Assembly: GCA_046269235.1 (NCBI GenBank)
Contig: JBJZOS010000004.1
Location: 24,048 to 88,047, forward strand
DNA from: Chryseobacterium sp. TY3
GTDB lineage: Bacteria > Bacteroidota > Bacteroidia > Flavobacteriales > Weeksellaceae
Reading direction: 5' to 3'
Length of the DNA stretch: 64,000 bases
The notes beneath the pieces were generated by a model. It had not been told where the DNA came from. It saw nothing but the letters and a program-made list of their open reading frames with translations, and did not search any database. A program made the translations under genes and the position numbers. Positions within the stretch are counted from its first letter, which is position 1, and each line of letters opens with the position of its first letter. Shown here in pieces: positions 49,600 through 58,279 of this stretch.

Positions 49600-49745
49600 G
49601 TATGTTGTTTGTTATTAATGAGAATAATGTTTTAATAAGACTAGGTTTTGCGAATCTTTTTTGAACAATAATCTAATAACCGTATAATAGGCGAAATTTT
49701 GTAGGCTAGCACAAGTTATAGTACCGATTCGCATTGAAGAGTTGG

Positions 49746-49805
49746 TCTCTGCGCAGAGGAGAAAGCACGCGTGCACATAGATGAGATGACCGATGCGCAC
49801 GCGTT
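49746..49805. repeat. GC-rich cluster of perfect palindromes (ctctgcgcagag, gcacgcgtgc, tgcgca/acgcgt) in an AT-rich context; REP-like
   Basis: 12-nt and 10-nt perfect palindromes are directly visible. The TGCGCAG core is shared with the REP-like repeats flanking the RAYT gene 1 kb away. Confidence 0.5.
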
Positions 49806-49816
49806 GGGTGGTCTTT

Positions 49817-50206
49817 CTACTTGCTATATTTCTCGTACTTTACAGTGCTTAGCATATCGCGTAGGTCAACACCAGGGCGAAAGAGGATTTTGTTAGACCG
49901 TATCAATGCCGAAGTCGCATTGGCAGCAGTGGCAGCACCATCGCTAGAGATGGAGATTTGGAAGTTGCCAAAGTCGCCAAGTTTGACAATCTTACCATCG
50001 GCAAGATGTCGGTTGAGGCTCTTGATAAGGTCGTTGAGTACCGCCAAGACGTCGGTGTCGGACACCGTGGTGGAGCCTCCCGAGATTTCTTTTGCTAAAG
50101 TTTTAAGGTTAACCTCGCCATCAGCTTTGGCGCTGGCATAGAATTTCGGAGCGGCCTGCAGGTCTTGCAGGTTCTTACGCTCGATTACATTGTACTTAAC
50201 TGGCAT
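49817..50206 (-). CDS. HU-family DNA-binding protein (Bacteroidetes HU-HIG-type, ~130 aa)
   Basis: MPVKYNVIERKNLQDLQAAPKFYASAK...GKIVKLGDFGNFQISISS matches the long HU-like proteins of Bacteroidetes that often accompany mobile or accessory regions. Confidence 0.7.
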   Translation of the reverse strand: MPVKYNVIERKNLQDLQAAPKFYASAKADGEVNLKTLAKEISGGSTTVSDTDVLAVLNDLIKSLNRHLADGKIVKLGDFGNFQISISSDGAATAANATSALIRSNKILFRPGVDLRDMLSTVKYEKYSK

Positions 50207-50335
50207 AATATAAATTTTTAAAATTGTGTTTTGTTATAAAATCCAATGTGAATTAATTGCACATATTGGAGTAATATTTTACTATTGTTGAAGAGGATAT
50301 TCCATCATACCTAAATGGTACAGTGGTTTTGCACA

Positions 50336-50750
50336 TTATTTTTTAGGATATTCATTTGTTATTTTTCCATTTCTATACTCATAGACTTTTAATACTCCAA
50401 AGCTCCCATCTTTATTTTGTTTAAAGTATCTGTGAATAGAGTCAACTTTGTAGGATTGTTCATAGTAAAATAATTGTCTGCATTTTACTATTTTATTTTT
50501 GTAGTCAAAGCTCATGTAGCTTTTTCGAAAAATACTATCATTTCTTTTTGCTAAGGATTCACATCCAAATTTTTTCCGATTATCTTTGGTCGCATATATA
50601 TTATATTCTGCATTAAGCCCATCATCTTTAAGAAAAACTGAAACGTTTTTTTTTTATATAATATTCATGTTTTCCCATCCTTAGAGTTTTTTGTCCAAAA
50701 TAAAAAGAATTTAAAAAAAATAATATACTTATAATGAATATCTTCTTCAT
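50336..50750 (-). pseudogene. Small secreted-protein gene split by a frameshift exactly at a T10/A10 homopolymer (50646-50655)
   Basis: Frame A reads MKKIFIISILFFLNSFYFGQKTLRMGKHEYYIKKK and runs into the A10 tract, then stops 6 codons later. Frame B is open from the A10 tract to 50336 (...VSVFLKDDGLNAEYNIYATKDNRKKFGCESLAKRND...YEYRNGKITNEYPKK). A 1-nt length change in the tract would fuse the two frames. Confidence 0.5.
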
Positions 50751-50812
50751 AATATTTAATTTAATATCCAAATTCGTATTGATTTAACCCCGCCTTTAGG
50801 TTTCGTATAAGC

Positions 50813-50835
50813 ACCTCCCGCTGCGCAAAGTCTCC
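50813..50835. repeat. REP-like GC-rich element, left flank of the RAYT gene (inverted relative to the right-flank copies)
   Basis: cctcccgctgcgcaaagtctcc. An 18-nt stretch is identical to the reverse complement of 51491-51512. Confidence 0.7.
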
Positions 50836-50932
50836 TAACTTTGAGCCAAGTTTCATTCTTCATAATTATTACATTTCCAAAATTCATTAATCTTAGTTAC
50901 ATTCACAATAGGATTATCTGCTAATTCTACAT

Positions 50933-51427
50933 TTATAAGCCCTTTACCCTTACATAATTGCTTGCTGAGGAATATAAGTAATTCTGTGCTTTTTCTACAA
51001 TTCCTGCCCGTATCGGATTCAAGTGAATATAATTCAGCTTATCCCACAAGAAATGTAAAGTGTAGATTTCTTCTGCATGATTCCCATATTGCCAAAACTG
51101 ATAGTTCTTGTTTCTCGTATGAGATTCTGTTGCTTTCGCAAATTTGTCGAGCATCCATTCTCTTCTGCTTTCGGGGTTTTGTTTAATGGCTTCTAAAATA
51201 TTCTTCGCTGTAAATTTTTTAAAATCTCTTAGTAAATCTGATAATTTACCTTCTTTAGACTGTATGATTAAATGAATATGGTTACTCATAATTACATATC
51301 CGTACAAAACCATTCCTTTATTTTCGATACAATATCGAAAACAATCTATCACAATATCCCGATAGATTTTTCTCGAAAAAACATCAATCCAATCTACAAC
51401 CGTGCAGGTAATAAAATGTGGTTTTTC
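50933..51427 (-). mobile_element. REP-associated tyrosine transposase (RAYT; IS200-like Y1/HUH transposase, COG1943), apparently 5'-truncated
   Basis: HUH motif (VIMSNHIHLII). The C-terminal YIHLNPIRAGIV...YLYSSASNY carries the catalytic Tyr. An N-terminal beta-strand (HFITCTVVDWIDVF) is present only in an extension that lacks ATG/GTG/TTG and is preceded by an in-frame TAA at 51428-51430. The first canonical start is GTG at 51352. Confidence 0.7.
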
Positions 51428-51490
51428 TTAGTCTCTTATAATGTAACCTTCTTTCGTTTTTTATTGTTTTGCTTATTGTTGCTCAAAGTC

Positions 51491-51543
51491 GAGAGACTTT
51501 GCGCAGCGGGGGAGTCAAAGGCGAGAGATTTTGCGCAGCGGGG
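51491..51543. repeat. Two direct REP-like copies (gagagaYtttgcgcagcgggg) on the right flank of the RAYT gene
   Basis: Copy 1 is at 51491-51512 and copy 2 at 51523-51543, separated by agtcaaaggc. Both are inverted with respect to the left-flank element. Confidence 0.7.
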
Positions 51544-51658
51544 AAATTAAATAACAACAATGTAAATATCAAAAAAATACTTTTTCATAATTGTTAATGT
51601 ATATTAGTAGGAAACAGCTTCATTTTTTATTGTTCTTTATCGTTTTTGAAGCAGTCAT

Positions 51659-52036
51659 TTATTCTATAGTTTGTTTAATTAATAATCTACCTTTTACATT
51701 GCGGTTGGGATATATCTTTATTTCAGGATTATAAGTCCCATAATAATCCATATGTTTTATTAAAGTGTCAATTTTTCCTTTTTTTAATAAAATTTTATAA
51801 TCATTAGAAGATATATTTATATCTGAGGATAAGTTTCCTAAAATTGATATATAATATACAGCATATGTACAGTTATTATCAGGTGTTATTTTAATTGTAT
51901 TCTCATGAGAAAATTCATTAAATTCTTTCACAACCTCTTTTTTACATGACTGATATTTTAATATAGGCTTTAGAATGAAAAAAAAAAATAAGCCCAAAAC
52001 TATAATTATTAATATTATTAGTGTTCCTTTTTTCAT
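51659..52036 (-). CDS. Small membrane-anchored protein directly downstream of the toxin-like gene (candidate immunity protein)
   Basis: 125 aa with an N-terminal TM (LIILIIIVLGLFFFFIL), no motif, and a 3-nt gap from the upstream gene's stop. The immunity role is inferred from context only. Confidence 0.3.
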   Translation of the reverse strand: MKKGTLIILIIIVLGLFFFFILKPILKYQSCKKEVVKEFNEFSHENTIKITPDNNCTYAVYYISILGNLSSDINISSNDYKILLKKGKIDTLIKHMDYYGTYNPEIKIYPNRNVKGRLLIKQTIE

Positions 52037-52039
52037 TTT

Positions 52040-53727
52040 TTATTGATTGGTGGGTATAAGTTGTGAAATAATAGTAGGTTTTCCTGATGGAAGCCCTCCT
52101 TCTAGATTACTCAAATAATATAAATTACCATTAGTTAACCACAAATCAACATAATATTCAATTGATAATGGATTGCTGTATCCAATTCCCCTTCCCATAT
52201 AATTGTTATATAAATCCATTTCATTCTCTTTAGATTCATATGGATTATTTGGATCTGGAGGTCTGTTTTCGTGAGCAGTAGTTAATTGCTCAGTAGTTTC
52301 TGTACCTATATATCGTCTTGAATATGCATTCCACATTGTGTGTCGATATGCATCTCCTTTTCCGTTATATAAAGAATTGGGATATTTTTGCTGAGCTTTT
52401 TTTTCTGCTGTATTTGCGGATACTAAATAAAAGAATTGCTGTATGATAGATAAATTATTGTACATCTGTAATTCCTGTTGTGACATTCTTGTTTTATAAT
52501 CAACAGATAAAGCATTAAAATTTGTATTTATATTATTTTGTAAGAAATAACTTAATATTTTTGACTCTTCATTAAATTTGTTTAAAAATAACTTGTGTAT
52601 GGTAACCAATTCTCAAACTGCGTCCAAGTTGTATCCGGATTTTGCGTATAAAAGTTAATTCCCCAGTTAACAAATTGTGCGCCTTGTAGATTGTTGTTGG
52701 CAGTAAGATAATTGTTAAATTGTGCAGTAATGCTTCGTTGGTTATTTTCTTTTAAGAAGTTGACGGCATCCTGGGATAGATACAGTCCATAAGTTGCTAA
52801 TTTGGTACTGATGTTATTTACAACTGTATTGATGTCAAAAGATGTTATTACAGTACCAGAGCTTACGCTGTTAGGGCAAGGCGTTCTTGCCATATTTCCT
52901 GCATATAAAACAAGTTTTGTTTCTCCACAATCATTAACCCATACTTCTCCACCTGGGACATGATGCGATAGTTGCCAGTGGTTTTTATCACAACTGGTGC
53001 CCCCGCCAGAACCGCCAGAACCACCACCACTACTCCCACCAGATCCCCCAGTGTTACCTCCCGTGTTACCACTACCTCCATGACCGCCACCGCCATCTCC
53101 AGGATTATAACCGCCGCCGCCAGTACCTCCACCACCTTGTCCACCACCAGTTCCTCCACCTGGACCACCTGGACCACTTGGACCACTTGGACCACTTGGA
53201 TCTGGACAAGGGCTTTTGCCTTGCCTGTATTCAATGGAAGTTTCCAACTAATTATCTAATGAGTAGATGTCAACAATACCTGTGAAGATAGAAAAATCGT
53301 TGTTTGCGTTTAATACCCAATCTTGTGATGGTCTATATACCAGAAACTTTGTTGTTTCTATTTGATTGGCTTTATTGGTTTTGACCTCTAGATTGATGAT
53401 ATTATGGTCTTGCGATTCTACAATTATAGGAAATACATAAAATATTCATGTATCGCTTTCTGTTTTTACAATAAAATCCGTATCGATTTTTCCATTTAAC
53501 TCTTCGCCCGAACTTTTGTTGGATATGGAATGTAAACTAAATTGGAAATTGTTAGATTTTGCACCTAATAATGAGATGATTTGCGGGATTTCCTTTTTGT
53601 TAACAATTTTTCGAGAATAATCATTAGAGATTGAAGTTGAATTTTCATGGTACTCAGACTCAATCCTACATTGCTGTAAGCATAATAATGTCGTTAGAAT
53701 CAATAAAATAAGATAGAATTTTTTCAT
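52040..53727 (-). pseudogene. Disrupted ~560-codon secreted protein: lipoprotein-like signal, collagen-like Gly-rich tract, and a C-terminal domain with a DAYRHTMWNAY...TAHE motif (toxin-like). It is broken by two in-frame stops and one frameshift.
   Basis: ORFs 53446-53727 and 52582-53247 lie in the same frame and are joined by a 65-codon open stretch. The first ORF ends in TGA at 53446-53448 and a TAG sits at 53248-53250. The frame then shifts within a 28-nt window (52585-52612) into ORF 52040-52609. The Gly tract is encoded by a 9-bp tandem repeat (ggaccactt x3). Confidence 0.5.
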
Positions 53728-53821
53728 AATAATTCTATTTGGGTGTTTTTAATTTTTTTAAAACTAATAAAAAAAGCGATACAAATTTTAGTTTTTCTAT
53801 TTTTGCAGTATAAATACCATA

Positions 53822-55477
53822 ATGAAGAAGATTTTTTTTCTTTTCCTCATCAGTTTGTTGATGTATTCTTGCGCGCGCGTTGGTTCTCCTAACGGCGGTG
53901 CAAAAGATACAATTCCGCCCAAAATGTTGTTCAGCAATATCGATACAACGCGTGTTAATGTGCCTGTGACAACTAAAGAATTGCGCATTGAGTTTGATGA
54001 ATATATCAAGCTAAAAGATATTAATAAAAACCTTATTATCTCGCCACCTATTAAGACTATCAAAAAGATTTTGCCCGCTAATCTTGGGACAAAATTTTTG
54101 TTGATCCAATGGAGCGACACGCTTAAAGAAAATACAACTTACAATTTTAACTTCGGTAATGCGATTAACGACCTTAACGAAGCTAATGTTTTACCATATT
54201 TTAATTTTGCATTTTCTACAGGTCCCGAGATTGAAGATAATTATCTTAGCGGCACTGTTGTGGATGCGCTCGGTGAAAAAAAATCCGAAGGTAAAGATGT
54301 TAATTATGTTGTCGGACTTTATCAGGTTAAAGATTCGATGGACTATCGTCAAAAGCCTTACTATATTACCAATGTTGATCCGGATGGTTATTTCGAGCTT
54401 AATTATTTATCACCTGGGAAATATAAAGTTCTGGCTTTTGAAGATCAAAACGGAAATTCAATTTTTGATAATGGAAAGGAAAAATTTGCCTTTTCTAAAG
54501 ATGATGTTGTCATCGAGGACAAGAAAAATATTTCTGGGACAAAACTGAAACTTTATCCAAGTGTACCGCCGATTAAGTATAAAGAATACAAACCTATAGA
54601 TGGCGGCATTATGTTGCTGTACGAAGGGAAACCTGAGAATGTCGAGGTCATTTCGGCGTCTGCTAATCTCAAAGATTATAAAGTGACGCATCGTCCGAAG
54701 TCTGACTCGGTGTTTGTTTGGTTTGATGCCATTGCGCAGAATATTGGTGTTGATAAAAGTGATAACATAAAATTAGCTTCAAAAACTGTTGTTAAGACAG
54801 ATTCTGTTTCGGTTTATTATAAAAATGACGGAAAATCGGAAATGATTTTAGCAAGTGGATCCGATAAAGTTTTAGCACCAAATACGTTGTTTAAAATTAA
54901 AGCTAATTTTCCCGTGTCAGACATACAGTCGGACAAATGGAGATTGACTTCGGATAGTATTTCACAAAGTTTTACGGCAAGTATTTCTAAGACCAATAGC
55001 GACGATATTATCATTAATTCCGATTTTAAAGCTGGGAAATCTTATCAACTTTCTATTCCAAAAGAAAGTGTAAAATCTTTTTATAAATCTATCATTAAAT
55101 CTTATCGCTTCGATTTCGAAATTGGAAAACCTACAGATTTCGGAACTTTTAAACTTGAAATTTCCAATGCGCCGACCTCACACTTTTGGGTGCAACTGCT
55201 GACTGAAAAAGGCGATGTCCAATATCAACAATATACTAAGGAGAATATTGTCTATTTCAAAAACTTAAAACCAGGTGATTATTTTCTTCGTATCTTGGTG
55301 GATAATAACGATGATGGCTATTGGCGGACGGCTTCCTTCCAGGAGAATCGATATGCGGAGGACGCTTACTTATTTAAAAAAGGAAAAGATCAAAATCCGA
55401 TGACTAAAATTAATATTCGACCAATGTGGGAAATTAATGAAAAGTGGGATCTTAACGCTGAAATACAAGGGAATTGA
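53822..55477 (+). CDS. Ig-like-domain lipoprotein (hypothetical)
   Basis: Lipoprotein signal (LLMYSC). 551 aa of beta-rich repeats typical of Bacteroidetes Ig-like-domain proteins. No catalytic motif. Confidence 0.5.
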   Translation: MKKIFFLFLISLLMYSCARVGSPNGGAKDTIPPKMLFSNIDTTRVNVPVTTKELRIEFDEYIKLKDINKNLIISPPIKTIKKILPANLGTKFLLIQWSDTLKENTTYNFNFGNAINDLNEANVLPYFNFAFSTGPEIEDNYLSGTVVDALGEKKSEGKDVNYVVGLYQVKDSMDYRQKPYYITNVDPDGYFELNYLSPGKYKVLAFEDQNGNSIFDNGKEKFAFSKDDVVIEDKKNISGTKLKLYPSVPPIKYKEYKPIDGGIMLLYEGKPENVEVISASANLKDYKVTHRPKSDSVFVWFDAIAQNIGVDKSDNIKLASKTVVKTDSVSVYYKNDGKSEMILASGSDKVLAPNTLFKIKANFPVSDIQSDKWRLTSDSISQSFTASISKTNSDDIIINSDFKAGKSYQLSIPKESVKSFYKSIIKSYRFDFEIGKPTDFGTFKLEISNAPTSHFWVQLLTEKGDVQYQQYTKENIVYFKNLKPGDYFLRILVDNNDDGYWRTASFQENRYAEDAYLFKKGKDQNPMTKINIRPMWEINEKWDLNAEIQGN

Positions 55478-55935
55478 AAAATATTTTAAGAATTTTAATT
55501 GTTGTAATTATAATATTTGGATTAATACAATTGATTCCGATTGATAGAGTTAATGAACCTGTCAAAAAAGAGGAGAATTTTGTAGATAATTATAAAGTGA
55601 GTCCGCGTGTCAAGAATTTGATAATTGCAGCCTGTTACGATTGTCATTCTAACGAGGTCAAATATCCAGACTATGCTTATGTCGCACCAATATCTTGGAT
55701 GGTGAAAGATCACGTGTCGGAAGGTCGCGAACGTCTTAATTTTTCGAAATGGGGGACTTATAATCATTTCCAAAAAGAAGGGATGATGGAGAAAAGTATT
55801 GCAAGCGTGGAAAATTATACGATGCCATTGTCCGCGTATATCTCAAAACATCCCGAAGCTAATCTTAGTAAGGCAGATCGAGAATTGATGACAATTTTTT
55901 TTCGAGAAGTTCTTAAAGATCTAAAAGAAAAATAA
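55474..55935 (+). CDS. Heme-binding (Haem_bd, cytochrome-c-like CxxCH) domain protein
   Basis: 153 aa with an N-terminal TM and a CYDCHSNEVKYPDYAYVAPISWMV motif. Overlaps the previous gene by 4 nt. Confidence 0.65.
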   Translation: MKNILRILIVVIIIFGLIQLIPIDRVNEPVKKEENFVDNYKVSPRVKNLIIAACYDCHSNEVKYPDYAYVAPISWMVKDHVSEGRERLNFSKWGTYNHFQKEGMMEKSIASVENYTMPLSAYISKHPEANLSKADRELMTIFFREVLKDLKEK

Positions 55936-55991
55936 ATGTTGATGACGTAATATCAACCGTCAATCATCAATCTTAAAAATAATATATCACC

Positions 55992-57062
55992 ATGAATTTT
56001 GAAGATTTTATCATTGCCCCAAAACCCATAAAAACTGAAGAATGGCAATTGGGCGCTCACATCGCAAATGAGATTTTGGAGGACAGTATTGTGTTGTTGT
56101 TTGTTTCCGATAATCGTGGTGCGCGTGGCGATGCTGAGGTTCAGGATTTTATGAATATTCGTCGCGAGTTTTACAGATTGTCAAAATTGGATTTCGAAAT
56201 TCCGATGGTGGATTTGGGCGATTTGGTGTCTGGTAAAAGTCTAGAAGATACACATTATATTCTGCAAGAGGTGCTTTCTGCTTGTCATTACAAACGCGCG
56301 ATTCCGGTTGTGATTGGAGGTTCTACGGATTTTGCATATTCACTTTATGCCGCTTTAGATTTTCATTATAAAAAGATAAATTACACCCAAATCAACAATG
56401 TTGTGTCTTTGTCGCAAGGTGATGAAATTAATGAGCGTAATTTTTTAAGTAAAATTTTGGGTTCAAAAAACTTCGAGATTCAAAATTATCATCATCTTGG
56501 TTATCAAAAGCATCTTAACGAATTAGATTCAGTTAAATTGATAAAAGAAGTTCAATTCGATGTCATTCGTTTGGCAGAAATGATGAATTCTACAGACCGA
56601 ACCGAACCTTATTTTAGAAAAACAGATTTGGTAACGATTAATTGTGACGCCATCGAAAGTGGCATGGATTCTTTCTCGATAAATCCTCAGGTTAACGGAC
56701 TCAACAAGCGCGAAATTTGTGCTTATATGAAAGAAATTGGTCTTAGCGAAAATCTAAAATCTGTTGGTATTTTTAATTTTAATATTTATTCTGATGACCG
56801 AATGAATCATCAGCTTTTGGCGCAAATGATTTGGTATTTGATAGAAGGAATCAATATCCAAAGGTCACATCCTAAAGAGCGAAAGTTCGAAACCTATTGG
56901 GTGATGGTTGGCGAAGAAAGTCATGCTTTCCAACGTGACACGTTCAGAAATCTTTGGTATTTTGGGGAAGATGAAGATTCTAATAATTTAATTCCGTGTT
57001 CGCGCTCGGATTTTGAGGACGCCAAAAAAGGTTATTTGGGCGAACGTTTTACTAGAAAATAA
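55992..57062 (+). CDS. Arginase/formiminoglutamase-family-like protein (motifs degenerate)
   Basis: 356 aa. VIGGSTDFAYS and NCDAIESGMDSF resemble the GGDHS/DAHxD/SxDxDxxDP blocks of the ureohydrolase fold but are not canonical. Confidence 0.35.
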   Translation: MNFEDFIIAPKPIKTEEWQLGAHIANEILEDSIVLLFVSDNRGARGDAEVQDFMNIRREFYRLSKLDFEIPMVDLGDLVSGKSLEDTHYILQEVLSACHYKRAIPVVIGGSTDFAYSLYAALDFHYKKINYTQINNVVSLSQGDEINERNFLSKILGSKNFEIQNYHHLGYQKHLNELDSVKLIKEVQFDVIRLAEMMNSTDRTEPYFRKTDLVTINCDAIESGMDSFSINPQVNGLNKREICAYMKEIGLSENLKSVGIFNFNIYSDDRMNHQLLAQMIWYLIEGINIQRSHPKERKFETYWVMVGEESHAFQRDTFRNLWYFGEDEDSNNLIPCSRSDFEDAKKGYLGERFTRK

Positions 57063-57067
57063 AAAAT

Positions 57068-58075
57068 ATGCGACCAAAAGTTTCGGTAATTGTTCCCGTT
57101 TATAATGTCGAAATTTATCTTGAAAAATGTCTTGTTTCGTTAATTAATCAGCGACTTTCCGATATTGAAATTATTGTGGTTAATGACGGGAGCAAAGATA
57201 ATTCTCAACAAATTATTGATGATTTTGTAAGTCGTTTTCCTGAAAAAATCAAAGCTTTTACTAAAGGAAATGCTGGACTTAGCGACGCTCGTAATTTTGG
57301 ATTAAAACATTGCACCGGCGAGTATATTGGTTTTGTAGACAGTGACGATTATGTGACGGAAGATATGTTTGCGGAAATGTACGATTTGGCGCAAAAATAT
57401 AATGCCGAAATGATAATTTGTAATTTGCAGAAAGTTGATCAGTTTGGGAATGTTATGCAAAAGTTGACGCAAATCCCAAATATGCCAGAGAAAATTGACT
57501 TGAGTGAGCATTTTTCTGTGTTTTCGGATTTGAGTTACTTTGCTTGTAATAAAATTTTTAGAGCTGATTTATTTACGAATACAGAATTTAAAAAAGGAAT
57601 TCATTTCGAGGATATACAGTTAATTCCGCAGCTTTTGTTGAAGTGCAAAACAATTGCTCAAACGCAGAAATTCCATTATCAATATCTAGATCGCACCGAT
57701 TCTATAACCAAAACGCATACGTTGAAAGGCCTTGATATTCTTGACGCTGTTAAAGATGTTGAAGTTGCTTTTAAAAATTCTCGTTTTTCTAACCGAACAA
57801 TAGAACTTAAGAACTTCCAGATTCTAGAAGGTGTTTATACTTTTTTAGCTTATTTGGCTTTTGTGAAAGACCCGTCGACTTATTTGCAAATGCGAAAGGC
57901 ACTGTCAACTTTTATGAAGGAACGTCAAATAACAAGAAATGATGTTCTGGCTTACAAAAGATTTGGAGAAAATTACTTTTCTAGCTTGCCAATCAAGAAG
58001 CGGGTTTATTATTTAATTCAATTTTTTATACCAGTAGGTTGGCATAAAATCATTATTTCGAAGTTATCGAAATAA
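57068..58075 (+). CDS. Family-2 glycosyltransferase
   Basis: N-terminal VSVIVPVYNVEIYLEKCLVSLINQ...IVVNDGSKD and a DxD-like motif (DSDD). Confidence 0.85.
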   Translation: MRPKVSVIVPVYNVEIYLEKCLVSLINQRLSDIEIIVVNDGSKDNSQQIIDDFVSRFPEKIKAFTKGNAGLSDARNFGLKHCTGEYIGFVDSDDYVTEDMFAEMYDLAQKYNAEMIICNLQKVDQFGNVMQKLTQIPNMPEKIDLSEHFSVFSDLSYFACNKIFRADLFTNTEFKKGIHFEDIQLIPQLLLKCKTIAQTQKFHYQYLDRTDSITKTHTLKGLDILDAVKDVEVAFKNSRFSNRTIELKNFQILEGVYTFLAYLAFVKDPSTYLQMRKALSTFMKERQITRNDVLAYKRFGENYFSSLPIKKRVYYLIQFFIPVGWHKIIISKLSK

Positions 58076-58279
58076 GTATTTGTCGATGCTTTTACCTTAT
58101 AAATTGAATGGCAATTAGAAATTGTGATGCAATGCTTTTAGTTTCACTAAAGCTATCTTGTGTTTTTTTTTTAATCGATGGCAGCTTATTACGTATTTAT
58201 TATTAATTTTGTCCGAAGATGAGAGCTTGTGCTATAAATCTAACACGCAACACATGATGAGAATTTACGATTATAAACT

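Noticed and set aside
52863-53259. ORFs 52863-53234 (-) and 52972-53259 (+), rich in V/T/W repeats
   Set aside because: They are alternative-frame and antisense readings of the GC-rich 9-bp tandem repeat that encodes the Gly-rich tract. They are not independent genes.
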